64,000 nt of DNA from Vulcanimicrobiota bacterium (GTDB taxonomy: Bacteria > Vulcanimicrobiota > Xenobia > Xenobiales > JADMJV01). The stretch covers positions 1 through 64,000 of the forward strand of contig JBFWNU010000001.1 of the NCBI GenBank assembly GCA_050250895.1, written 5' to 3'. The first letter of the stretch is position 1, and the number at the start of each line of letters is the position of its first letter. This document shows positions 8,667 through 16,261 of the stretch, piece by piece. The notes under the pieces are model-generated. The model was not told where the DNA came from and did no database searches. It saw only the letters and a program-made list of their open reading frames with translations. Made by a program: the position numbers and the translations under genes.

Positions 8667-9766
8667 TACAGGTGTCTACGCGCTCCCAGGTAACGACTCT
8701 TGAAGTAGGGGTCCTCGAGGCTGCCGATGGTGACCTGTTTGGCCCCTGAAGAAGCGTGCAGAAACTTGTGCCGACCTACATAGATGCCTACATGAGACGC
8801 ACCGGGGGCGTAGGTCTCGAAAAAGACCAGATCGCCCGGCTGCTCCTTCCCTTTGCGAATGGGGCGGCCGACCTCGAACTGAATATCGGCGGTGCGAGGC
8901 AGACGAACTCCGCTGCGACCATAGACCAGCTGGACGTAACCCGAGCAGTCGGCACCGGTGACCGACTCGCCACCCCACACGTAGGGAATACCCAGCAAAC
9001 TGCGAGCGGTGCGTAGCAAGCCATAGATGCGGCGGCCACGGCGTGAGGCGAGAGCCTGGCGGTGAGGCCTGGCCCCGCGAGTGGGGACCTCGATCACTTC
9101 GTGGTCGCTAAAAATCATCAGATTGCGATGCTGGGTGAACTTGGGAATCTCTTTGCCGAGCACACCAAACCCGGTGAGCAGGTTCCACTCCTCGGAGGTG
9201 GGGTCTTCGCTCAGACGAGGCAGGGCCTCGAGACCATCCTGGATGTCCGCTGGCGACTCCGCCGCCAGCACCGGACTGGGCACCTCGGGCTCGGGCAACT
9301 TATAGATGGGGTTGCCTTTAATCTTCTCCCAGGCGTAGGCCAGCTGGGCGTTCTCGGGCTTGTATTCCGGATTGGGCACGAAGAGAACGGTGCCCGGCTC
9401 GATCGAGCCTGATCGAACGGTCGGATTCATTTCCAGCAACGTTCGTCGGTCGGTCCCATAGTTCTCGGCGATGAGAGTCAGGTTTTCGGTGGGTCCAACT
9501 CGATGATAAGTATAGTAGGGCTCGGGCTCTTTCTGAGAAGGATCTGGAACGCACAACACATCGCCAGCGACCACTCGGCCCCCGCGTTGGGAAATGGTCG
9601 GGTTCATAGCCAGCAACTCGCCTCGCTCCAGGCCGTAGCGCTTGGCTACGGACGCGAGCGTATCGCTACCGTTCACCCTATAGTATAGATAGTGGTCCTG
9701 GGCCAAGACTGGCTCGATAGCCAGAAAAATCAGGGCCAAAAGGCACCACATGCCATGCATTCTCAT
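8666..9766 (-). CDS. LysM-LysM-NlpC/P60 peptidoglycan endopeptidase
   Basis: Signal peptide, two LysM repeats, PYVWGG...DCSG, GDLVFF, HVGIY, HAS. Confidence 0.93.
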   Translation of the reverse strand: MRMHGMWCLLALIFLAIEPVLAQDHYLYYRVNGSDTLASVAKRYGLERGELLAMNPTISQRGGRVVAGDVLCVPDPSQKEPEPYYTYHRVGPTENLTLIAENYGTDRRTLLEMNPTVRSGSIEPGTVLFVPNPEYKPENAQLAYAWEKIKGNPIYKLPEPEVPSPVLAAESPADIQDGLEALPRLSEDPTSEEWNLLTGFGVLGKEIPKFTQHRNLMIFSDHEVIEVPTRGARPHRQALASRRGRRIYGLLRTARSLLGIPYVWGGESVTGADCSGYVQLVYGRSGVRLPRTADIQFEVGRPIRKGKEQPGDLVFFETYAPGASHVGIYVGRHKFLHASSGAKQVTIGSLEDPYFKSRYLGARRHL

Positions 9767-11154
9767 GAGTTTGCTTCCCGTTCGGTCTGGTTCATCGGAA
9801 CCCCTGGAGAATAATTTTCAACTGCCCGCCCCCTGGCCCAGACCGCTGGATACGCGTCCGTGGCCTTTCCAATGCAATAATAACGAAATCCCCGGCTGGC
9901 CATCCGGTCGGGGGCGAAGAGATTTCGTCCATCGAATATCGTCTGTTCTCGCATCAGTTCTTTCATTCGCCGAAAATCCGGACGGCGGAACTCGTTCCAC
10001 TCCGTCAAAATCACCAGCGCGTCCGCACCATCCAGAGCCTCATAGGCACTGCCGACGATCTGCGCCCCCGCAAACAGGTTGCGAGCCTTCTCGCCAGCTT
10101 TGGGGTCGAAACCCCGCACCACGAAACCTCGCTCCAAAAGAGCCGGAATCACAGTAAGACTTGGACTCTCACGTAGGTCATCTGTGTTGGGCTTAAAGGA
10201 TAACCCCCACACTGCGATGATCTTACCAGCCGGATCTGAAAAATGATTGAAGATCTTTTGTAAAAAGAATTGTGGTTGTTCGTGATTCACCCGGTCGACC
10301 GCTTCCATGATAGACAAGCCCTGGCCGCGCTCGTTGGCGACGTGAATCAAGGCTTTGACATCCTTCGGCAGACACGACCCCCCGTATCCGACGCCGGGAA
10401 ACATAAAGAGGCGGCCGATCCGGGGGTCCGAAGTCACTCCGTGACGGACGCTTTCCATATCAGCCCCCACGGCCTCACAGAGCCTGCTCATTTCGTTGAT
10501 GAAAGAAATCTTGGTGGCCAGGAACGCATTCGCCACGTATTTGGTCATTTCAGCCGACGCCGTGTCCATCGTGATGACTGGATTTCCTGTCCGCAGGAAA
10601 GGCTCGTAGAGTTCCCGCATGATGTTGAGCGCCTTAGAATCTTCACTGCCGACAACGATCCGGTCGGGCCTTAGAAAGTCCATCACGGCCGCCCCCTGCT
10701 TGAGAAACTCAGGGTTTGAAACCACCGCAAATGGCACCTTCGCCTGCCGGCCAAGAATCTCTGCGACCCTATGGGCGGTGCCCACGGGCACGGTGCTCTT
10801 GACCGCCACCACGGTATACCTGGTGATGAGTGCGCCGACATCCTCAGCAACCTTCAAGACCGCGGACACGTCGGCAGCCCCCGCAGCGTCCTGAGGGGTG
10901 CCGACTGCAATGAAGCAAATGATGGCGTCTCGGAGTCCCTCGGCCAGATCGGTGGTAAAGTGAAGCCGGCCCTCCTGCACGTTCATGTGAACGAGTTCCT
11001 CAAGTCCCGGCTCATGGATGGGCAGCACACCGCTGCGGATATTCTCGATATTCTCCGCCGAGATATCGACGCAGGTGACGCGGTTTCCCATCTCTGCAAG
11101 GCACGTGCCAGACACCAGCCCGACATAGCCTGTTCCCACCATGCAGACTTTCAT
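9763..11154 (-). CDS. ugd: UDP-glucose 6-dehydrogenase
   Basis: GTGYVG, KSTVPVGT, SNPEFLKQG, GYGGSCLPKD, FKPNTDDLRES; start placed at MKVCMVG (ATG 11154). Confidence 0.93.
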   Translation of the reverse strand: MKVCMVGTGYVGLVSGTCLAEMGNRVTCVDISAENIENIRSGVLPIHEPGLEELVHMNVQEGRLHFTTDLAEGLRDAIICFIAVGTPQDAAGAADVSAVLKVAEDVGALITRYTVVAVKSTVPVGTAHRVAEILGRQAKVPFAVVSNPEFLKQGAAVMDFLRPDRIVVGSEDSKALNIMRELYEPFLRTGNPVITMDTASAEMTKYVANAFLATKISFINEMSRLCEAVGADMESVRHGVTSDPRIGRLFMFPGVGYGGSCLPKDVKALIHVANERGQGLSIMEAVDRVNHEQPQFFLQKIFNHFSDPAGKIIAVWGLSFKPNTDDLRESPSLTVIPALLERGFVVRGFDPKAGEKARNLFAGAQIVGSAYEALDGADALVILTEWNEFRRPDFRRMKELMREQTIFDGRNLFAPDRMASRGFRYYCIGKATDAYPAVWARGRAVENYSPGVPMNQTEREANS

Positions 11155-11200
11155 CGGGGGCGGTTTGGGCCATTCACCCCCAACTCCTCCCGGCCGAGAT

Positions 11201-11243
11201 TTAACATTCCCGCCACAACCCGAAGTCCCAATTGTCATAGGCT
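11201..11243 (+). promoter_or_regulatory. Shared promoter motif, copy 2 (TAACAT-TCCC-GC ... TAGGCT)
   Basis: TAACAT at 11202 and TAGGCT at 11238, 36 bp apart. Confidence 0.65.
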
Positions 11244-11271
11244 TTCGGCGACCTCATCTCCAGGAGCAGAC

Positions 11272-11904
11272 ATGAACATCACGAGCCCTAACACCGCCCA
11301 GCGATTGGCCGCGGCCACCCGACCTCACCTGCCTGGCCAGGCCGACCCCAACGGTATCGGCGTAGCCCGGCTGGCCTCGGGCTGCGACGCCTTTCTGGCC
11401 GACGCCGGTGCGCCGAATCCCTACTCGAGCGACCTTCCCTCCGAGAAGACCAGGGACATCAGCGCAACCCTGAAAGAATTGGCCGAGTTGACCGCCGGCG
11501 GAGTCACCATCGGTCAACTGGGCGCAGCAACCATCGTCGTGGGCGGCCAGGCGCAACAGAAGGTCGACGAGCTCGACGCCGTCCGGCGCAGCCTGAAGAC
11601 CGCCTACAACAAATCGGTGGTGAAATCGATCGCCTGGATGGGAGCCACCGCGGGCGCCCTGGTGCTGGGCGGCATCCTTCCCAACCCGATTACCGGCCTG
11701 GTCATCGCAGGAGCGGCCGCTATGGCCATCCGTTCCATCACCAAAGCGCGCGCCAACCACAAAGAACTGGTCCAGCAACTGCCCCGCCTCGAGCAGGGCC
11801 TGGCGGTCAATCGCCAACTGGCGGCCGACTCGGTGTTTTTTGCCCCGCACTTGCAGGGCTGGAACGACCTGCTGGCCAGCCAGGATAGCGCCCGAGCAGC
11901 CTGA
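11272..11904 (+). CDS. Hypothetical protein, 210 aa, coiled coil plus two hydrophobic helices
   Basis: SD CAGGAG before ATG 11272 (MNITSPNTAQ...); hydrophobic hairpin SIAWMGATAGALVLGGIL/PITGLVIAGAAAMAI. Confidence 0.75.
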   Translation: MNITSPNTAQRLAAATRPHLPGQADPNGIGVARLASGCDAFLADAGAPNPYSSDLPSEKTRDISATLKELAELTAGGVTIGQLGAATIVVGGQAQQKVDELDAVRRSLKTAYNKSVVKSIAWMGATAGALVLGGILPNPITGLVIAGAAAMAIRSITKARANHKELVQQLPRLEQGLAVNRQLAADSVFFAPHLQGWNDLLASQDSARAA

Positions 11905-11906
11905 CC

Positions 11907-12770
11907 GTGCTGGCCGTAGTGGCCGCTGGTGAGGGGCCGAGCCTCGAGCAGGTACCCCCACCCGAACCGGCACCCGGCGAGGCGCTGTTAGAAGTCGAAC
12001 TGGTAGGCATCTGTCGCACCGACGCCCTGGCCGCCTACGGCCGCCTGCCGGTGCCTGGGGCAATGCCCCTCGGCCATGAGTTCTCGGCCAAGATCCTGAA
12101 GTCAGCATCCTGGCCTGTCGGTCAACGTGTGGCCGTGAATCCCTGGAGTTGGTGCGGGCATTGCCCTCGCTGCAGCTCTGGCCACCCCTACGCCTGCGCT
12201 GGGGCGCAGATGCTGGGGCTGCATCGACCCGGCGCCCTGGCCCCGCTGGTGGCGGTGCCCGAGAGGGCACTTTATCCGGTCGAGCTTGGGCCGCAACGCG
12301 CGGCCTATGTCGAACCCGTGGCCGCCACGCTGGCCTCGGCCGCCCTGTTGCCCGCGGGGGCCGACGTGCTGGTCCCCGGCCAGGGGCGCATCGCGGCTTT
12401 GACTCGACGGGTGCTGGGGGCGTTGGGTTATGCGCCCCATTCCTCGGGGCCCAGCCGCTATGCCGTCGAGACCGATCCCGACTCGCTGACCGCCTTGCTC
12501 GAGGCGGTCGAACCGGGGGGCACGGTGGTCATCAAGAGCCGGGTGCCGAGAGCCGAAGTCCCCCTTTTGCCCATCGCCCAGAAGCAACTGCAACTCAAAG
12601 GGGCCTGGTGTGGGAGCTACGAGCAGGCGATCGAACTGGTGCAGAGCCTGGAGGTCGAGGACCTGTTCGGGCCGACCTACCGCCTGGACCAGGCGCCGGC
12701 CCTGCTGGCGCTGGATCGCTCGGAGGCCCTTAAGGAGTTCGTCGATGTGCGGGATTGTCGCCTGTCTTAG
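11907..12770 (+). CDS. Zn-dependent medium-chain alcohol dehydrogenase family protein (short)
   Basis: GICRTD, LGHEF, structural-Zn CGHCPRC...C, EPVA, GQGRIA. Confidence 0.85.
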   Translation: MLAVVAAGEGPSLEQVPPPEPAPGEALLEVELVGICRTDALAAYGRLPVPGAMPLGHEFSAKILKSASWPVGQRVAVNPWSWCGHCPRCSSGHPYACAGAQMLGLHRPGALAPLVAVPERALYPVELGPQRAAYVEPVAATLASAALLPAGADVLVPGQGRIAALTRRVLGALGYAPHSSGPSRYAVETDPDSLTALLEAVEPGGTVVIKSRVPRAEVPLLPIAQKQLQLKGAWCGSYEQAIELVQSLEVEDLFGPTYRLDQAPALLALDRSEALKEFVDVRDCRLS

Positions 12771-14454
12771 CCGGGGGCCAATCGACCCCGAGCGGCTGGC
12801 CCGCGCCAGTCTGGCTCTGCAACACCGGGGCCCAGACGGAGATGGGCAGTGGATCTCGCCCGACGGAAAGGTCGGCCTGGCTCATCGGCTTTTGGCCCTG
12901 ACGGATCCGGGCGGCGGTCACCAGCCGCTGAGCAACGAAGACGGTTCGGTGATGGCTGTGGTCAACGGAGAATTCTACGACGACCAGCCCCTGCGGCGCG
13001 AATTGGTGGCACGCGGGCACCAATTCCGAACCCACAGCGACAGCGAGGTGCTGGTTCACCTTTATGAAGAGAGAGGGCCTGATTGCCTCGAGGCTTTGCG
13101 GGGGGAGTTCGCCTTCGTCCTCTGGGACGCGGCCCGAAGTCAGGTCCTGGCAGCGCGGGATCGGTTCGGCGTCAAGCCTCTGGTCTATCTGCAGTGGGGC
13201 GAGGAGCTGTGGTTTGCCTCGGAATCGAAAGCCTTGCTGGCCGCCGGATGGCCCGCTCGCTGGGACCTGGTTGCCTTTGCTCATGCGGCCGCGACCCAAT
13301 ACCCACCGCCCGACCGCACCTTCTTCGCCGGCATCCACCAGCTGCCACCGGGTCATCTCTACGGCCGGGCCGGCCCGAAGCGCTACTGGGATCTGCCTCA
13401 TTGGGTGGAGGAAGGAGCCGACATCGGGCCGCTGCTAGAAGATTCGGTCTGCTTGCGATTACGCGGCCTTCACAAGCCCTGCTTTGCCTTGAGCTCAGGT
13501 CTTGACTCGAGCACGGTGGTAGCCCTAGCGCGTCGCTCGGTCGAGCCGCATTGTTTTTGCGTCTCCTTTCCTGGCCACGACTGGGACGAGGCGGCCGCGG
13601 CCCGGTCATTCGCCCAGGACCTGGGGGCTAGAGTCGAAATGGTCGAGGTCTCGCCCCAAAGCCTGCTAGAAACTCTACCGGCCGCGGTGCGCGCCGCCGA
13701 AGGCGTGGCTGTCAACGGTCACTTGCCGGCCAAGTTCTTGTTGCACCAGGCGATGCGAAAGGCGGGCTTCAAAACGGTCTTGACCGGTGAAGGCTCGGAT
13801 GAGGTCTTTCTTGGCTATGCCCACTTCTTTGACCGCGAGGCGGGAGCCCACCCCTCATCGCTGGGAATCATGGAAACACGGCAACAGCAGCTGCCCCTGG
13901 AGGGCCTGGACCGGATCCTAGGACAGGTGCCGGGATTTGTGCAGGCCAAGACCGCCCTGGGCCTCAAGCTTACCGGCCTGTTGGCCGAAGGCAGGCCCGT
14001 CCGGCCGTTCTCCGGGTTGCTAGAAGAGACCGCCCGTCGCCAACAACCACTTGAGCAAGCCGCCTATCTTTGGACCAAGACGGCTTTGTGCCAGTACATC
14101 CTCAAGACCCTCTCGGATGCAACCGAGATGGCCCACGGCCTGGAAGGCCGTACTCCCTTTCTGGATCATCGACTTTGGGAGGCGGCAGCTCGGCTTCCGG
14201 TGGCCCAAAAGCAACACAAGTTGGCGCTGCGCGAGGCTATGCGGGGCCTGATGCCAGAGGACACCCGCCTGCGAACCAAGCAGCCTTTCATGACGCCCGC
14301 TCTGGATTGCCGCGAGATGCTGCTGGAGTCCGGCTCGCTTTTCAACCGCTCGCGGGTTCTCGCCGCTCTCGACCAGAGGGGGCCCGAATGGGCGCCCGCT
14401 TTGACCTGGGTGGCCACGGCCACTCTACTCGAGCAGGCCTACCGCCTCACCTGA
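12745..14454 (+). CDS. asnB: Asparagine synthase (glutamine-hydrolysing)-family amidotransferase
   Basis: MCGI Ntn N-terminus after SD AAGGAG, HRGPDG, NGEFY, RDRFGVKPL, LSSGLDSS, LTGEGSDE, RTPFLD. Confidence 0.92.
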   Translation: MCGIVACLSRGPIDPERLARASLALQHRGPDGDGQWISPDGKVGLAHRLLALTDPGGGHQPLSNEDGSVMAVVNGEFYDDQPLRRELVARGHQFRTHSDSEVLVHLYEERGPDCLEALRGEFAFVLWDAARSQVLAARDRFGVKPLVYLQWGEELWFASESKALLAAGWPARWDLVAFAHAAATQYPPPDRTFFAGIHQLPPGHLYGRAGPKRYWDLPHWVEEGADIGPLLEDSVCLRLRGLHKPCFALSSGLDSSTVVALARRSVEPHCFCVSFPGHDWDEAAAARSFAQDLGARVEMVEVSPQSLLETLPAAVRAAEGVAVNGHLPAKFLLHQAMRKAGFKTVLTGEGSDEVFLGYAHFFDREAGAHPSSLGIMETRQQQLPLEGLDRILGQVPGFVQAKTALGLKLTGLLAEGRPVRPFSGLLEETARRQQPLEQAAYLWTKTALCQYILKTLSDATEMAHGLEGRTPFLDHRLWEAAARLPVAQKQHKLALREAMRGLMPEDTRLRTKQPFMTPALDCREMLLESGSLFNRSRVLAALDQRGPEWAPALTWVATATLLEQAYRLT

Positions 14455-14461
14455 CCAGCCT

Positions 14462-14504
14462 CTAACATAGCGGCAACACACCCGCTGGGCGTGCGGGCTA
14501 TGGT
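14462..14504 (+). promoter_or_regulatory. Shared promoter motif, copy 3 (TAACAT-AGCG-GC ... TATGGT)
   Basis: TAACAT at 14463 and TATGGT at 14499, 36 bp apart. Confidence 0.65.
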
Positions 14505-14528
14505 GCCCTAAAGCAGGAGGTTCATCAA

Positions 14529-15002
14529 ATGAAGATTCAAAATTTCACGCCAACTCAGACTCTTACTCGTAAAGCGGCCCCCCCCGCCCAACCGCAAACC
14601 CTCGACGTATTCGAAGGTGGCTTTCGCGATGCGTCGCGCACGATGGGCATCTCGACCCTGGTGGGAGCGGCCGTTGGGGCTGCAGCCGTAGGGTTTGCCA
14701 CCTCGGGAATGTCGGGTGGAGCCGGCATGGCCGTGGGGGGCCTGGGCGGCGGACTGACGGCCGCCAGCGTCGTTGGCATCGGCACCGGAGCGGTAGCCGC
14801 GCACTTCACTCACGGTGACGGTTGGTCCAAGTTGGGCAGCTTCATGGTCGGCGCCATGGCCGGCGGCGCCGTGGGCGGCATCGCTGGAGCCATCGGTGGC
14901 GCTATGGTCGGCACGGGTGCTGGCAACGCTCTGGGATTCGCGGCCGGCGCGTTCGCTGGCGGAACCATCGGCTATTTTGTCGGTAAGGGCATTGCACGCT
15001 AA
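14529..15002 (+). CDS. Gly/Ala-rich glycine-zipper membrane protein
   Basis: SD AGGAGG; P/T/Q-rich N-terminus followed by repeated GxxxG helices. Confidence 0.75.
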   Translation: MKIQNFTPTQTLTRKAAPPAQPQTLDVFEGGFRDASRTMGISTLVGAAVGAAAVGFATSGMSGGAGMAVGGLGGGLTAASVVGIGTGAVAAHFTHGDGWSKLGSFMVGAMAGGAVGGIAGAIGGAMVGTGAGNALGFAAGAFAGGTIGYFVGKGIAR

Positions 15003-15486
15003 CGCCCAGACCATCGAACGCTTTTACGAAGCGTTCAGTCGGCGCGACCACGCCGGAATGGCCGCCTCCTATCACCGGGAGGTGGCCTTTTCCGATCCCG
15101 TCTTTCCCGCCCTCAGCGGCTGGCGTGCTTGCGCCATGTGGCGGATGCTGTGCGAGCGGGGCACCGATCTGATCGTCACCGCCAGCGGCATCGCAGCGAA
15201 TGACGGAGCCGGCAGAGCCTTCTGGGAAGCCCACTACACGTTCAGCCAGACCGGTCGCCCGGTCCACAACAAGATTCAGGCGGAATTCACCTTCCGCGAC
15301 GGTCTCATCCTGACCCATCGCGACACCTTCGACCTGCACCGCTGGGCCGGCCAGGCCATGGGCTTTCCCGGCAAACTGCTGGGCTGGGCGCCCTTCTTTC
15401 ACAAGAAGGTCCAGACCAACGCCAGTCTGGCCCTGGAGAAGTTCATCCAGAAGAACCAGCTGGCCGAGGCAGACTTTTTCTCTTAG
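14992..15486 (+). CDS. NTF2/SnoaL-like family protein
   Basis: TTG start; IERFYEAF...FSDPVF...WEAHYTFSQTGRPVHN...HRDTFD. Confidence 0.8.
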   Translation: MHANAQTIERFYEAFSRRDHAGMAASYHREVAFSDPVFPALSGWRACAMWRMLCERGTDLIVTASGIAANDGAGRAFWEAHYTFSQTGRPVHNKIQAEFTFRDGLILTHRDTFDLHRWAGQAMGFPGKLLGWAPFFHKKVQTNASLALEKFIQKNQLAEADFFS

Positions 15487-15493
15487 GTCGGCT

Positions 15494-16261
15494 ATGGTTG
15501 ACCGACACGTTTTCTATCGAGGGCAGACCCGAAGTTATCCGTTGGCAGCCCTGGCCCTGGCGAACACCGCCAGCCAGGTGGTCGAGCCGCTGCTGCCGCG
15601 CGAGAGCCTGGCGGGGTGGCCGAACGCAGCCTTTCTCGAAAGTCTATCCCTGGCCCGTCAACGGCTGCGAGACGACCCCACCGTGTCAGCCGCAGTAGCC
15701 GAGTTACTCCAGGCTCATCACGGACTCGAGCAGACCGTCGTCGACCCGCCGCGCCTGCGGGTCATCCTCCCCCGGGGCCACCAGCTCGAAGCCGCCAAGC
15801 CCGCCTACTACGCTCACCGGGACACGTGGTATGGCAATCCAAGAAGTCAACTAAACTGGTGGCTTCCCCTTCACGATGTCGAGCAGCAACAAACCTTCGT
15901 CATCTATCCCGAGGCCTTCAACCAACCTGTGGCCAACGACAGCCACGAGTTCGACTATGGCCACTGGCGCCAGCAAGTGGGATTTGCCAACTCGGCCGCC
16001 CCGAAAGGGGCTATCTATCCGCGTGCCCTCGGTAAGCTGACTCACTTGCAGACCCAGGGATTCGCGGCTCGGAAGGGTGACCTGCTGGTCTTTTCGGCCG
16101 CCCATCTGCATCAGACGCTGGCTTTCGACCACGGCCTACCCCGCTTTTCCATCGACTTTCGCACCGTCTACCTGCCCGACCACGAGGCGGGGCTGGGCGC
16201 GCCCGACCCCGACAATGCCAGCCGCGGGACTACCCTACCTGAATATCGCAGGTTGTCATGA
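15494..16261 (+). CDS. Putative Fe(II)/2-oxoglutarate dioxygenase (PhyH-like)
   Basis: HRD (HxD) motif, NWWLPL, GDLLVFSAAHLH (distal His), RFSIDFR. Confidence 0.7.
   Translation: MVDRHVFYRGQTRSYPLAALALANTASQVVEPLLPRESLAGWPNAAFLESLSLARQRLRDDPTVSAAVAELLQAHHGLEQTVVDPPRLRVILPRGHQLEAAKPAYYAHRDTWYGNPRSQLNWWLPLHDVEQQQTFVIYPEAFNQPVANDSHEFDYGHWRQQVGFANSAAPKGAIYPRALGKLTHLQTQGFAARKGDLLVFSAAHLHQTLAFDHGLPRFSIDFRTVYLPDHEAGLGAPDPDNASRGTTLPEYRRLS

Noticed and set aside
10771-11271. N-terminal extension of the 377-aa ORF
   Set aside because: Overlaps ugd on the opposite strand; SD and promoter support the start at 11272.
12610-12744. N-terminal extension of asnB
   Set aside because: Ntn amidotransferases require Cys at position 2; MCGI at 12745 has an SD.
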